DNA of 58,829 bases, from positions 1 through 58,829 of IMG/VR virus record IMGVR_UViG_3300026382_000018. One strand, written 5' to 3'. Every line of letters starts with the position of its first letter. The stretch's first letter is position 1. Made by a program: the position numbers and the translations under genes. The stretch is from a virus. Its lineage: Duplodnaviria > Caudoviricetes. The notes beneath the pieces were generated by a model that searched no databases, had not been told where the DNA came from, and worked only from the letters and a program-made list of their open reading frames with translations. This document shows, in pieces, positions 35,500 to 46,012 of the stretch.

Positions 35500-35994
35500 A
35501 TGTTCTCAGTGAAAGATATCAAGTCCAACTTACCCCATCTTCATACTTTCACTCAGTGGGAAGTCCAGCTTTCGGGCTTCCCTTCCCCATTTCTTATTTC
35601 TGAATTTAGGGAAGGAATAGGTGATTTTAAAGTAGAAAGTAAGGACATAGGTCCATTTCTTGTTCCATTTCCAGAGGGACGGACGACTTTTACCACATTA
35701 GAGCTTACTTTTTATGAAACTCACGACCTTAAGGTCGAAAAATTTATAAATGATTGGCTATCAGAATGTTTCAATGGTTTTAGAGTTAAATTCTTTGAAG
35801 ATATTGAGAAAGACTTATTTGTTACAAAATACAGTGTGGTTGATGTAAATAATTGGAAACCAGTTTATAAGGCACATTACAAAGTTGTTCCAGATGTTGA
35901 CTACTACTATGAAGGAAAATCTGAGAAAGTATTTCAGCAAGGAACTTTGCAACTTGTAGCTACAAAGATAGTAAAGAAAGAGTATTTAGGCTAG
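35500..35994 (+). CDS. second tube-fold protein (tube initiator, gp54-like)
   Basis: N-terminus paralogous to the tube (VKDIKSNLPHL vs MKEVKARLPHL); LTFYE.HD.KVE. Confidence 0.65.
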   Translation: MFSVKDIKSNLPHLHTFTQWEVQLSGFPSPFLISEFREGIGDFKVESKDIGPFLVPFPEGRTTFTTLELTFYETHDLKVEKFINDWLSECFNGFRVKFFEDIEKDLFVTKYSVVDVNNWKPVYKAHYKVVPDVDYYYEGKSEKVFQQGTLQLVATKIVKKEYLG

Positions 35995-36008
35995 AGGAGT
36001 TTTGAGAA

Positions 36009-36683
36009 ATGAAGGTAAATATTTTAAATCCGTTTAGAAATAGCTTTGAGATTAAGGCTACAGAACTTCCAAGTAGAGGTGTGTTATATCCTGACCTTAT
36101 TTTCAGACTAAAACCTTATACTGTGGGAGATATATTAGCAATATCTTCTTCAACATTAACAACTCAAGGAAAGGTTTCGACAATACTTGCTGGAATTGAG
36201 ACATTGAAACCTTTTGATTTGGAAAACTTAGTTTCAATTGACCTCGATGCATTAGCTTTACTTAGATTTACAATTTCGTCAGATACTCCAGTGTACTCAT
36301 ATATAGTTAAATGTCCAAAATGTCAAAACGAATTTCAAGTAAAAGTTCCAGCAGAGGAAATAATAATTGAAGAAGTTTCCGTTAAAGAAATATTTGAAGT
36401 AAACGAAATGAAATTTTTCTTACCAACTATAAAGCAAGTGTTAGAACTTGAAACTTTATCTGAAAATGAGTTCTTTTTAGGAGTTGTAGCAAGCTATTGT
36501 ATAAATTATTCATTACGTGATGCAATGAAAAAACTTCAAAGTTTATCTCTTGGAGAATTTCAAAAGTTAAAAACTTATATTGAAAATCAATCCAATGCCG
36601 GAGTGCAAGACATAGAAACTACCTGCAAGCATTGTAATTATAAATTTAAGTTCATTCCGGACTTACTAGCAATCCCTTTCTAA
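36009..36683 (+). CDS. tail/baseplate-hub assembly chaperone (T4 gp26-like)
   Basis: ELPSRGVLYP, PYTV, D...L..LR, CPKC, PTIK, CKHC. Confidence 0.8.
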   Translation: MKVNILNPFRNSFEIKATELPSRGVLYPDLIFRLKPYTVGDILAISSSTLTTQGKVSTILAGIETLKPFDLENLVSIDLDALALLRFTISSDTPVYSYIVKCPKCQNEFQVKVPAEEIIIEEVSVKEIFEVNEMKFFLPTIKQVLELETLSENEFFLGVVASYCINYSLRDAMKKLQSLSLGEFQKLKTYIENQSNAGVQDIETTCKHCNYKFKFIPDLLAIPF

Positions 36684-36826
36684 GTAAAGATCAAGTCAGG
36701 AAACTTTACAAGACTTTATATCTACTAGTACAACGAGGTTTCAGATTAAATGAGCTTTATGAAATGACTTTTCAAGAATTGAACTTGCTCCAAACTGTTG
36801 TTAAGGAAGTAGATGATAGAGGTTAG
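36674..36826 (+). CDS. -1 frameshift extension of the chaperone (gp51/GT-like), 48 aa
   Basis: Slippery C CCT TTC immediately before the stop; -1 frame open to TAG 36826: LSKDQVRKLYKTLYLLVQRGFRLNELYEMTFQELNLL... Confidence 0.75.
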   Translation, partial: PFLSKDQVRKLYKTLYLLVQRGFRLNELYEMTFQELNLLQTVVKEVDDRG

Positions 36827-36828
36827 AA

Positions 36829-39165
36829 ATGATTACATCAGCTATAGAGAATTTAGGAAAGACAGCAATCCGTCCAATTCGTACCTTAGCTTTTCCATTT
36901 CTTTCTCCAGCTCAATTTAATGAAATTCAGACAGGAATTACTACAACAGTATTACAACTTGAGACTTTAGTTTCACTTTACAAAAACTCAGTAAAAAATA
37001 TTAATGATGAGAAGACAAAAGTAGAAGTTTTAAAGCAACTTAATAAATATGAAAGTGAGATAAAAGAGTTTATAGAGAAATTTTATTCCACAGCGGAGCT
37101 CACTTCTGACGAGGTTGCTACACTAGTTGACTTTGTTAAAAGCTTAAAAGATATTGATGTAAATGTAAGTTTGGATGCAGATGCATTTGTAAATACTTTA
37201 GAAAGATTTGAAAGTAAGACCGTAACCGATAAGCTGAAGGAGAAAATAAGTTTAGATGTTTATAAATATATCTCACAAATTCAAAAGAACATTCAGTCTG
37301 AAATAGTTATTTTACAAGAGAAGTTAAAAGGGTCTTATTCAGAAGAGTTAGCAAGCAAACTTGATGAACTTTTAAAACTTCAAGAAGAAGTTTCAGAAGT
37401 TCTTAAAAATACTCCTAGAGAGCTTGCTTATTCTACGGAGTTACAACGAGAAATAAAATCCTTACTTGAAAAGATACATCAATATGATTTGGATAAGATA
37501 GACGATAGACTTTATAGTTTATCAAATGAGTTTGAGACTATAGCACCACAACCTGAGATACAGGAGAATTTAGAATCAGTAAAATTTGGAAAGAAACTTG
37601 AAGATTGGTTCAAAAACTTCTCAGGTGCATTCTCAGGTGGAGGATATAAAGAGTATCTTAAGACAGCTTTAACTCAAGTAGCGTACTCAATTGACCCTAG
37701 ACTCGGAGCTGCTATTGATCTTTTTGGCGACGCTGTAGGTGGAGCTATCTTAGGTAAAGCTGGAGGATTACTCAAAGGTGTAGGTAAAGTCGGATTAAAG
37801 CTTATAAAATCACCTAAACTAGCTTTAGTTGGAGCTACAGGATTTTTATCAAGCCTCACTACTCCAATCAAAACTCTAGGTCAGAAATTAGGTTTATTAT
37901 CAAAATCAGCTGATAGTGCTTTAAGTTCAGTTCGAGCTAGCTCCAGTGTTGCTACCGAAACTATATTTACACTAAATAAAGGAACTGGAAGCATCTTATC
38001 TTCAGTATCGGAAAAAGCTAGCTCCACTATAAGCAATTTATCTAAGTCTGTAGGTAGCATCACATCTTCTGTACCTGAAAAACTTCAGTCAGTCGTTAGC
38101 ACAGTAAAAAGTGCTGTATCTGACCATATATCTCAGCTTGGTGGAGTTACCTCTAAAATCAAAACTTCAGTAGCTAACTTAGTAGAGAGCACTAAATCAA
38201 GTTTAGGTAACGTAGTATCAAAACTCTCAGATAGCACATCTACAATAGTTAAGTCAGTATCTTCAAAGTCATCGGAAATTTTAACATCAACTAAGTCCAG
38301 TTTAAGTAAGGTAGTAGAGACTACAAAATCCAATTTAGGTGAAGTTGTAAAATCATTTTCATCTAAAGCTAGTGAGGTGTTTAAGTCTGTAACTTCAAAG
38401 TTATCTGAAGTAAAAAGCACTGTAACTAATATACTTACTAAGACTGTATCAAAAGCTAAAAATGTACTTGGAGTTACTACTAAGACAGTTGAGACTGCAT
38501 CTACTGTAGCAAAATCTTCAGAAGTAATCTCTGAAACTGGGGCGTTAGCTAAAGTTACATCAAAAGCATCTTTCTTCTCAAGAGCTTTAGGTGGAGTTGG
38601 AAAAGTATTAGGAAAGTTAGCACTGCCACTTAACATAGCTCTAACTGGATTTGATATGTATTCAGACTACAAGAATGCTAGGAAACAAGGTAAAAGCACT
38701 TTAGGAGCAGTAGCCGACGCACTTACATCGTCCGACACTGGAGTTTCAGGAGCACTTAAGTCAGCTTTGAAAGGTAGCTCAGTAGGAGCAGTCTTAGGTT
38801 CAGTCATTCCAGGACTTGGTACTGTAGCTGGAACTGTAGTTGGAGGATTAGCTGGACTTGTAGGATACGGAATTAAGTCTCTATTTGGAGGTTCTAAAAA
38901 TAGACCTGAGAAAACTCAAGCACAGTATAATGTCCCTGAGTCTTTACTTTCAAATAAAGCTAAAGTAGTACAGTCTCAAGCTACATATAAGTCTTTACCT
39001 GAAGCAAAGCTTACTTCTACTCATAAAGTTCATAGAGAAAGGCAGCAGAAGGTAGAACAACCACAACAATCAAGTCAAACTATAGTTAATGTGAATAATA
39101 CAGCTCCATCTAACGGACTAAGTGAAGATTATCTTGGATTGACTAAACTAATTCTAGGGTACTAG
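36829..39165 (+). CDS. tape measure protein
   Basis: Follows chaperones; helical, ~11-aa periodic S/T/K/V region, Gly-rich GAVLGSVIPGLGTVAG segment. Confidence 0.85.
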   Translation: MITSAIENLGKTAIRPIRTLAFPFLSPAQFNEIQTGITTTVLQLETLVSLYKNSVKNINDEKTKVEVLKQLNKYESEIKEFIEKFYSTAELTSDEVATLVDFVKSLKDIDVNVSLDADAFVNTLERFESKTVTDKLKEKISLDVYKYISQIQKNIQSEIVILQEKLKGSYSEELASKLDELLKLQEEVSEVLKNTPRELAYSTELQREIKSLLEKIHQYDLDKIDDRLYSLSNEFETIAPQPEIQENLESVKFGKKLEDWFKNFSGAFSGGGYKEYLKTALTQVAYSIDPRLGAAIDLFGDAVGGAILGKAGGLLKGVGKVGLKLIKSPKLALVGATGFLSSLTTPIKTLGQKLGLLSKSADSALSSVRASSSVATETIFTLNKGTGSILSSVSEKASSTISNLSKSVGSITSSVPEKLQSVVSTVKSAVSDHISQLGGVTSKIKTSVANLVESTKSSLGNVVSKLSDSTSTIVKSVSSKSSEILTSTKSSLSKVVETTKSNLGEVVKSFSSKASEVFKSVTSKLSEVKSTVTNILTKTVSKAKNVLGVTTKTVETASTVAKSSEVISETGALAKVTSKASFFSRALGGVGKVLGKLALPLNIALTGFDMYSDYKNARKQGKSTLGAVADALTSSDTGVSGALKSALKGSSVGAVLGSVIPGLGTVAGTVVGGLAGLVGYGIKSLFGGSKNRPEKTQAQYNVPESLLSNKAKVVQSQATYKSLPEAKLTSTHKVHRERQQKVEQPQQSSQTIVNVNNTAPSNGLSEDYLGLTKLILGY

Positions 39166-39167
39166 CT

Positions 39168-39767
39168 ATGCTTGAAGATATATTGAATGCAAATGAGTAT
39201 ACCGCTACAGTTCTGAGTAAGCAAGGTCCGTACATCAGAGGTATAATAACTGAAGGTTTTGGGTTCAGTATATCTCATGAATTTGATAGTCAGTTTGACC
39301 TTACAAAGCAGCAAGAGTTATCTAAACTCATAAATAAACTCAAGAGCTTTGTAGGTAAAGAGCAAAGTTCATTTATCAACGTAGCTCAGACAGTAAAACT
39401 CTGGATGTCAGGAAACGTGGATAGTTTTAATATAAGCATACTTATTCCAAATTGTCGACCTAACTACCTTAAGCAAAAGATTCAATCACTAGCAAAGTGG
39501 GCAGCACCTAAAATTGAGGATAATCAGATATTTGCACCTCACAATTATGCACCATCTTTAAAGGATTTAGACGCATCTAAGGGACTTTTAGCTCTCAGAT
39601 TTTCAACTTACATTAAAACTGGGTACTGGTTTGTTCTCCAGTCTTGTCAAGTCCAGTTTTCTAATGTTATTATGGATGACGGTTATCCAAGCTATGCTAA
39701 TGTAACCTTTACACTACTTCCATATAGAGCTATAGGTGCAAATGAGCTTAAGGAGATGTTCTTATGA
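39168..39767 (+). CDS. baseplate / tube-initiator protein
   Basis: After TMP; DGYPSYANVTFT C-terminal pattern. Confidence 0.6.
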   Translation: MLEDILNANEYTATVLSKQGPYIRGIITEGFGFSISHEFDSQFDLTKQQELSKLINKLKSFVGKEQSSFINVAQTVKLWMSGNVDSFNISILIPNCRPNYLKQKIQSLAKWAAPKIEDNQIFAPHNYAPSLKDLDASKGLLALRFSTYIKTGYWFVLQSCQVQFSNVIMDDGYPSYANVTFTLLPYRAIGANELKEMFL

Positions 39768-40747
39768 TAAAATCTCAAAACATCATTGTAAGACTAAAGC
39801 TGAATGGTAAGGATATCATCTCGACAAGTAACTTGAACTCAATATACGTTAGAATACCTGGAGGTTTAGATTTACCTTATATTGAAGTAAATCTTAAACT
39901 TGAAGAAAAGTTAGATAAGCTTCTAAACTCCAAACTAGAGCTCTTACTTTCAGATAAGTATAGTTTCCTATCATACAGGTTTGATATATTCAAAGTATTC
40001 TATAGTAGCCAAACCTACACTTTGCAAGGAGTGGCGTTTTATAAGGAGATGTCAGACTCATCTGTGGATTATTCTGACTCAGACTCGACTCAAGCTATTA
40101 AAAAATTCTTTCCCAACTCAAAGCTTGAAGCCTCAGTTATGCAAGATAAGCAAGTTTGGATAAAATCAGTATCAACTAGATACACTCTAGAGACGATATG
40201 GAAGCATTCATATCATCCAAATCACTACCTTTTACTAGCACTTGATGATAAGCTTTATGTAAAAACCACAGATAAACTCAAATCTCCTCAGAAAGTATTT
40301 TCACCAAGGTTAAAAACTGCAGATTACATCATTTCAGGAGACTTTATAGTTGAGACTAGAAACCTGACTAATATTCTATTTTCATCAAGCTACGATATGG
40401 ATCTGGTTGAGGGTAAAGTGCATCAAATTAAAGCTGACCTCTCAAATCTATTTGGAAAAGATGTTATCAACTTTGACCTGAGCTTAAAGCAATTTTTGAT
40501 GTCGTCAGATAACGTCCACCAAAACTGGAATAAAGCTCTACTTAGAAATCAAAAGTTCTTCAGTAAAGGTTTTCAGACTACTGTTACGATAAATTCACTT
40601 GCTATAGACTTACCTCTTCTTACTCCAGTGAAAATATTAGGCGGAGACTATCCACTAGATGGTATTTGGACAATAGTTAGAAAAGAGTATCACATAACCC
40701 AGAGTGTGAGCTTTACCACTCTAACTTTATGGAGAGATGCATGCTAG
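39764..40747 (+). CDS. baseplate hub (gp27/gpD-like)
   Basis: Position before spike; LDGIWTIVRKEYHI...TTLTLWRD. Confidence 0.65.
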   Translation: MIKSQNIIVRLKLNGKDIISTSNLNSIYVRIPGGLDLPYIEVNLKLEEKLDKLLNSKLELLLSDKYSFLSYRFDIFKVFYSSQTYTLQGVAFYKEMSDSSVDYSDSDSTQAIKKFFPNSKLEASVMQDKQVWIKSVSTRYTLETIWKHSYHPNHYLLLALDDKLYVKTTDKLKSPQKVFSPRLKTADYIISGDFIVETRNLTNILFSSSYDMDLVEGKVHQIKADLSNLFGKDVINFDLSLKQFLMSSDNVHQNWNKALLRNQKFFSKGFQTTVTINSLAIDLPLLTPVKILGGDYPLDGIWTIVRKEYHITQSVSFTTLTLWRDAC

Positions 40748-41280
40748 GATTATATGAGCTTATTTCAAAGTTTAAACCTAGACTCGTTCTATCTAAAGTA
40801 GTAGATAACAAAGACCCTAAGAAACTTTGTAGGGTGAGATTAACAAATGAGCTGTATGAAGGAGTACCTAAAGACAAGCTACCTTGGGCATCTCAGCTTA
40901 CTTCAAGTTTCTCATCAAGTAATAGTAATACTAACTTCTATGTTCCAAATGAAGGTGATATAGTCCTAGCGATTTACCTAACTGATATCTATCATCCACT
41001 TTACTTTAGTTTCCATCATCAAGGTAATACTAAGACTTTAGCTACATATCCAGATGCATATGGATTTGTAGACAGTAAAGGCAATGAGTTTTATATTGAC
41101 AGAAAGACAGGCGAGCTTAAGTTCAAACATTTCACCGGAACTACTCTTACTATCAAGCAAGACGGAAGTGTAAAGGTTAATATAGTTAAAAGACTTAACA
41201 TTCACTCAGTTGACGAAATCACAATAAAGTCAGATAAACATATTTTAATGCAAGCACCTAAGATAGACCTTAATCCCTAG
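40729..41280 (+). CDS. baseplate central spike (gp5/gpV OB-fold, short beta-helix)
   Basis: VVDNKDPKKLCRVR, LPWA, VPNEGDIV, HFTGTTLTIKQDG; alternative start 40741. Confidence 0.85.
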   Translation: MERCMLGLYELISKFKPRLVLSKVVDNKDPKKLCRVRLTNELYEGVPKDKLPWASQLTSSFSSSNSNTNFYVPNEGDIVLAIYLTDIYHPLYFSFHHQGNTKTLATYPDAYGFVDSKGNEFYIDRKTGELKFKHFTGTTLTIKQDGSVKVNIVKRLNIHSVDEITIKSDKHILMQAPKIDLNP

Positions 41281-41289
41281 AGGTAAGAT

Positions 41290-41634
41290 ATGATAAGGTA
41301 TACTGACGTTGGAGATGATGGCAGAGTAATTTCTAGACTTGATGCAGTGAAGATAGGTATAAGAAACTTGCTTTCTACTCGTCCAGGAGAACTTGGACAT
41401 GACCTAGACTTTGGTTGTAATATACCAGATTTTCTATTTGAAGAGTGTAACGAAGATACAGCATTTCAACTTGAGCTAATGATAAAAGAGTGCTTAAAGC
41501 AAGAAAAGAGAATTAGAGTGGAAAAACTTGATATCACTCCAGTTCCAGATGAGCATAAGTTCATAGTAAGACTTATCTACTCCATACCTGAGCTTGAAGT
41601 GCAAGATACCATTGAACTTGAGTTATCAAAGTAG
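41290..41634 (+). CDS. baseplate wedge gp25/gpW-like
   Basis: IRNLLSTRPGE...DFGCNI..FLFE...EKRI. Confidence 0.9.
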   Translation: MIRYTDVGDDGRVISRLDAVKIGIRNLLSTRPGELGHDLDFGCNIPDFLFEECNEDTAFQLELMIKECLKQEKRIRVEKLDITPVPDEHKFIVRLIYSIPELEVQDTIELELSK

Positions 41635-41644
41635 AGGTTAGACT

Positions 41645-41926
41645 ATGTATAGAGATACTGAAACTCCATACACAGCTCCAGACCATTACTTATCAACTAT
41701 TAACGATGTGATATTTGACTTACTTGATCCTCAAAATAGATTAGATATACTCCAACCTAGAAATATAATGCCTACTGAAAGGTTTGATATAGCATCTCAG
41801 AAATATTTAGATGACGATAGATTTTATTGGACTGGAGTATTACTCTCAAGTTCTACTGACAAATGTACTAAACTTCCTACACTTGAGAGTTTGCTAGATT
41901 TCTTAGCAACTCATAGGAGTGAGTGA
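41645..41926 (+). CDS. baseplate LysM-like (gp53/gpX-like) protein
   Basis: ERFDIASQKYLDDDRFYW. Confidence 0.6.
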   Translation: MYRDTETPYTAPDHYLSTINDVIFDLLDPQNRLDILQPRNIMPTERFDIASQKYLDDDRFYWTGVLLSSSTDKCTKLPTLESLLDFLATHRSE

Positions 41927-43212
41927 TTATGATTGTATCTATAGGTGATATAGAGACTACAAGAAAATATTTTGAAGAGTATTTAAAAGATCAGCTAGGA
42001 GTAAGTAAATATCAAGAGTTAGTTTCAACTCAAACTTTTAGGATACTTCTTCACTTAATCAGTATAGCTATTAATTACTCTTCATTAGCTAACTCTGTAT
42101 CAAGAAGAGAGAGCTATATTGAGACTGCCACTTCAGAAAGTTCGTTAGTAGAGCTTGTTTATAATTATGGTTTTATACTTCCTCCTCTCAGAGGTAGAAG
42201 GATATGGATTAAGTCAGCCAGTGATATTAAGTTATATACTCCAATTGGACTTGCTGAAGGTTATGATATTGTTCCAGTAAAGTATGAATCTGATGGTTCA
42301 GTAATGTGTATTTTAGGATATTATCAAGAGTCAGTGATAAACCTGACTCAACCTTATCAGAGAGTAGTTCTCAAGAATAAAGGTAAGTTCTTATCAGATT
42401 ACGATATGTTATCTGAAGGATTGAGTAAGATTAAGCTTGCATCTGACATAACAGAGCAGATAGATAATCCGAAAACCTCAATACTAAGAGGTTCGGGATT
42501 TTACCAATCAAGGTTATTCTTTGGGGATGGGTGTTTAGGTTACTTTCGTAATACTACCTTAACTTACAAGAGAATCTCATATAATGAGGATGTAAATAAT
42601 GTAGACTTATCATCAGCTCAATTTTACATAGATAATATAGAAGTTCTAAAGTCAGAACCAGCTTGGGTTAACTACAACTTAGATACAGTAAGAACTATTT
42701 TGAAATACGTACCTCTTGACGCGAGATTAGTAAGAGAGAAAGATTTTGAGTCGTGGTTAGTCTGGAAATTTCCTCAGGTTTTGTCAGCTAGATGCTTCAG
42801 GAAAGAAGAGACATCTAGCTGTTGTGAAGCTGACCTTGAATTTATATTAACAGATAACTCAGTTCTTGATATTATCAAGAGTGAAATTGATAAAAGAAAG
42901 CTACTAGGACTTAAGATAAATTATATTCCGTACTCTCCTACTCAAGGAGATGACTTGGTAATGAAATTCAAGGTAAAGTATTTTAATAAAACTAACCTTC
43001 AATCTGAGGTAAACGATTATCTTCAATCTACTTACGCTTATAAACTGATGACTGAGGATGAGGTTATTGACTCATCTTTAGTAGCATTAGAATTGTCAGA
43101 AAAGTTTTATCCTGCAGTCTTTGTTCCGATTGAAGCTAAGACTTGCAAACCTACCTTACTCAACAAGACTGGATTTTTTAAGTCAGTTTCTTGTCAGTTA
43201 ATAGAGGTATAA
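41923..43212 (+). CDS. baseplate wedge gp6/gpJ-like
   Basis: RESYIETA..ESS...L...GF, FFGDG..G, RLVREKDF. Confidence 0.8.
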   Translation: MIMIVSIGDIETTRKYFEEYLKDQLGVSKYQELVSTQTFRILLHLISIAINYSSLANSVSRRESYIETATSESSLVELVYNYGFILPPLRGRRIWIKSASDIKLYTPIGLAEGYDIVPVKYESDGSVMCILGYYQESVINLTQPYQRVVLKNKGKFLSDYDMLSEGLSKIKLASDITEQIDNPKTSILRGSGFYQSRLFFGDGCLGYFRNTTLTYKRISYNEDVNNVDLSSAQFYIDNIEVLKSEPAWVNYNLDTVRTILKYVPLDARLVREKDFESWLVWKFPQVLSARCFRKEETSSCCEADLEFILTDNSVLDIIKSEIDKRKLLGLKINYIPYSPTQGDDLVMKFKVKYFNKTNLQSEVNDYLQSTYAYKLMTEDEVIDSSLVALELSEKFYPAVFVPIEAKTCKPTLLNKTGFFKSVSCQLIEV

Positions 43213-43213
43213 G

Positions 43214-44026
43214 ATGAACTTTAGAAGATTCATACCCGAGTCTCTTCAGGATGTAGAGATAATAAAGTTAGTCTTAGAGTTACTAGAAAAGTTCATTAAG
43301 TCTGATATAGAAGTTATAGGCAAAAGAACTTTTGATGAGGATATTCAGGAGCATTTGCGAACTCAGAATGCACAAGTTGAGAATTATTACTTGCAAACTT
43401 TTGGTAGCAAAGGATTTTATAAAGTCCTAGGTTACTTGACTGATCCAGAATTTCAAGTCAGAGAGTGGTATGAAGTTGAAGATGAAATAGATAGATGCTG
43501 TATTGTTATCCAAGCTAATAAAACAGGAAAGAGAGAAGAAGAGTTAAACGAGTTTATAGAGAGTGCTTGGAAATCATTAAGACATTTATGCCTTAGAAGT
43601 TATCTTATTAAAGTTATTTTAGAATTTATTGATATTGTTAAAGATTTTAAGTTAGGTGATAATTTAAGCTTTCACTCGGATAATCATTATAAAGATAGCA
43701 TATTTAACTCTTTTGCAGGTTGTTCTTCAGGTTCCATTGTAAACCACTTTACGGTAGGTCATTCTCTTATCAAGAGTTGTAATCTCTCTAATCTTATAGG
43801 ACATATTATAGTGAATCGTTTCTTCGTAGGCGATTATCATTTACCTCCTAGTATAAGTGATAGATTTACTGTTTACAGTCAGGAGAATTTTTCAGAAAAG
43901 ATTTCTTCTGATTTAAACTCAAGTTATCTAATTATAGGAAGTTCTTATGTAAATTGTGGAAAAGTAGCCTCTAGTGATAATGTAGACTCACATATTTATG
44001 ACGTCTTACGTATTGAGGAGGTCTAA
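43214..44026 (+). CDS. baseplate wedge gp7/gpI-like
   Basis: FIPESL N-terminus, GS.GF, VREWYE; position. Confidence 0.6.
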   Translation: MNFRRFIPESLQDVEIIKLVLELLEKFIKSDIEVIGKRTFDEDIQEHLRTQNAQVENYYLQTFGSKGFYKVLGYLTDPEFQVREWYEVEDEIDRCCIVIQANKTGKREEELNEFIESAWKSLRHLCLRSYLIKVILEFIDIVKDFKLGDNLSFHSDNHYKDSIFNSFAGCSSGSIVNHFTVGHSLIKSCNLSNLIGHIIVNRFFVGDYHLPPSISDRFTVYSQENFSEKISSDLNSSYLIIGSSYVNCGKVASSDNVDSHIYDVLRIEEV

Positions 44027-44027
44027 T

Positions 44028-44573
44028 ATGAAAGATAGAGTTAAGTATCATTCAAAATCCAGACTTGATATGGTTGAGAGTAGTAGTGTTAATGATTGTA
44101 TTGAGTTTAGAGCAAAAGGCACTTTCTCTATTTATGACGAGGAAAATAATCTTCTAATAAGAAAAAGTAATCTCGTAGTTCAAAACGCTGTTAGGATCTT
44201 TTTAGAACTTTTATCAAATCAACCAGATAAAGGAATTTCAAAACTCCTTCTAGGTTCAGGTGGATTAGATAGTAACGGTAGTCCAGTAAAACCGTTGTGC
44301 TCTGATACTTCTCTTCAAGATTTGAAATATGAAAAATCTATAGAGTCATATTCTATAGACTATGACGCAAAAAAGATTACATTTGAAACGACTCTTCTAA
44401 AAGAAGAAGGAAATAGTACTGACGGAGTTGCTCAATATAGTGAATACGCACTAGCACGATCAGATGGTCAGATTTTCTCTAGAGTAACTGACTATCCAAT
44501 TTACAAGACTCCCAGTAAATCTTATAGATTTTCTTGGACTATAGAATTGGACTGGGTATGTAGGGAGGAATAA
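44028..44573 (+). CDS. tail-collar / fibre attachment protein
   Basis: NLVVQ, LLLGSGG, DTSL, EGN, SEYAL, IFSR, KT...FSWTI; GAGGAGG RBS before ATG 44028. Confidence 0.65.
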   Translation: MKDRVKYHSKSRLDMVESSSVNDCIEFRAKGTFSIYDEENNLLIRKSNLVVQNAVRIFLELLSNQPDKGISKLLLGSGGLDSNGSPVKPLCSDTSLQDLKYEKSIESYSIDYDAKKITFETTLLKEEGNSTDGVAQYSEYALARSDGQIFSRVTDYPIYKTPSKSYRFSWTIELDWVCREE

Positions 44574-44577
44574 GAAG

Positions 44578-45999
44578 ATGAAGCTCAAATCAAAACTTTC
44601 GTTTATCAAAAAACCTGTATGGGTACTAAATGAAACTTTAGCTAGAGGTACAGATAATTTAGATCAAGACATCTCTATAAACTATAACGATGGTTCACTG
44701 GAAGGTGGGGTAGATGGTAACCTCAATAATGGTTCAGCTACGAATTATGCAAATATAAAGTTAGTAAGTAAAGTGATCTCTGACTTAATGGACTTACTTG
44801 AGGATAACGGTATTTCTGACGATCCTTCGTCTATCATCCCAAAAGGTTTGACTTATGACCCCAATCCTACTTTTGACAGTTCCGTAACTCACGGAATGTT
44901 AGTATATAGAGGAGCTGATGGTAAATATTACCCTGCTTTAGCTGATGGTAGTGAAAAATCTCAAGTAGTTGGTTATGCTGATCTTGAAAATAATAGAATG
45001 ATAGTTTCAGGACTTATCAAAACTAACTATTCTTTTGCATCTGGAGAAGAGCTCTACTTATCCGATACTGAGGAAGGAAAAATAATTACTGATAAAACTC
45101 TTGTGAAAGTTGGCGTTAGTTTAGGTAATGGTTATATAATACTAGGATCGTCAGTTTCAGGTGGTAGTGTCGGAGATATTAGTAATCTAGTCACTTTTGA
45201 AGACTTAGAATATTACTCTCTTTTACTCAGTACTCCATTTCAGGATGTGTATTATGATAAACTATTAGAAGACTCTCTTCATATAGTTTCAGGTAGTGCT
45301 AACCATAATAGATATGATAGTAAATATATAATCCAGTCAGGAACTACTTTAGAAACTGATGATTTACTTAATCTAAGTGAAAACGACTATAGATTTTTCG
45401 TCCATTTAAACTCATCTGTTACTCCAAACATAGAGTATTCTGTTGACGGTGGTACAACTTGGTCTACCTGTGAGCCTGATAAGATAATCACTGTATCAGC
45501 AGGTTTTAAGAAAATCAGATTCAGATTTACTTTTAATAGTGACGCTGAACTCAACAGTTTCGGTGTTCTCTATCATTACAAAATACCTGGTGGAGCATAT
45601 TTTTCTGATACTAGAATGTTTGAAATCCTTAATATTGAGGAAGATAAACCTGAGGGCACTATCATAACTCTCCCAAACGGAGCAACATATACTCCTGATA
45701 GTAAGTCTCTTGAAGTCTATCTTAATCGTGTAAGACTGATACCCAATGTTGATTATGAAGAAGTAGATAGCATGTCCGTAAAGTTTAAACTACCACTACA
45801 CGCTGGAGATACGATTGTATTTACTGAAAAGTTCGGTTATGTTGATGTTTCAGAAGATAATAATACTAAACTTCAAGGTTTAGTGCCTAGTTGGACTAGT
45901 AATCATGCTGACTATATTGTATTGAGAGATCAGTCAACAGGTAAGCTTTATAAGCTATACATTGATAACGATGACTTAAAGTTTGAACCAATATCATAA
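44578..45999 (+). CDS. tail fibre / adaptor protein
   Basis: YYPALADG...LYLSDTEEG module, EYSVDGGTTW, LEVYLNRVRL...DYEE module, C-terminal LRDQSTGKLYKLYID. Confidence 0.65.
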   Translation: MKLKSKLSFIKKPVWVLNETLARGTDNLDQDISINYNDGSLEGGVDGNLNNGSATNYANIKLVSKVISDLMDLLEDNGISDDPSSIIPKGLTYDPNPTFDSSVTHGMLVYRGADGKYYPALADGSEKSQVVGYADLENNRMIVSGLIKTNYSFASGEELYLSDTEEGKIITDKTLVKVGVSLGNGYIILGSSVSGGSVGDISNLVTFEDLEYYSLLLSTPFQDVYYDKLLEDSLHIVSGSANHNRYDSKYIIQSGTTLETDDLLNLSENDYRFFVHLNSSVTPNIEYSVDGGTTWSTCEPDKIITVSAGFKKIRFRFTFNSDAELNSFGVLYHYKIPGGAYFSDTRMFEILNIEEDKPEGTIITLPNGATYTPDSKSLEVYLNRVRLIPNVDYEEVDSMSVKFKLPLHAGDTIVFTEKFGYVDVSEDNNTKLQGLVPSWTSNHADYIVLRDQSTGKLYKLYIDNDDLKFEPIS

Positions 46000-46012
46000 G
46001 TGAGGGTAAGTT

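Noticed and set aside
27825-38636. Minus-strand ORFs such as 27825-28241, 33568-33906 and 38133-38636 (also 19477, 47337, 48178, 50579, 51981, 56031)
   Set aside because: Antisense shadows of repetitive or biased coding sequence
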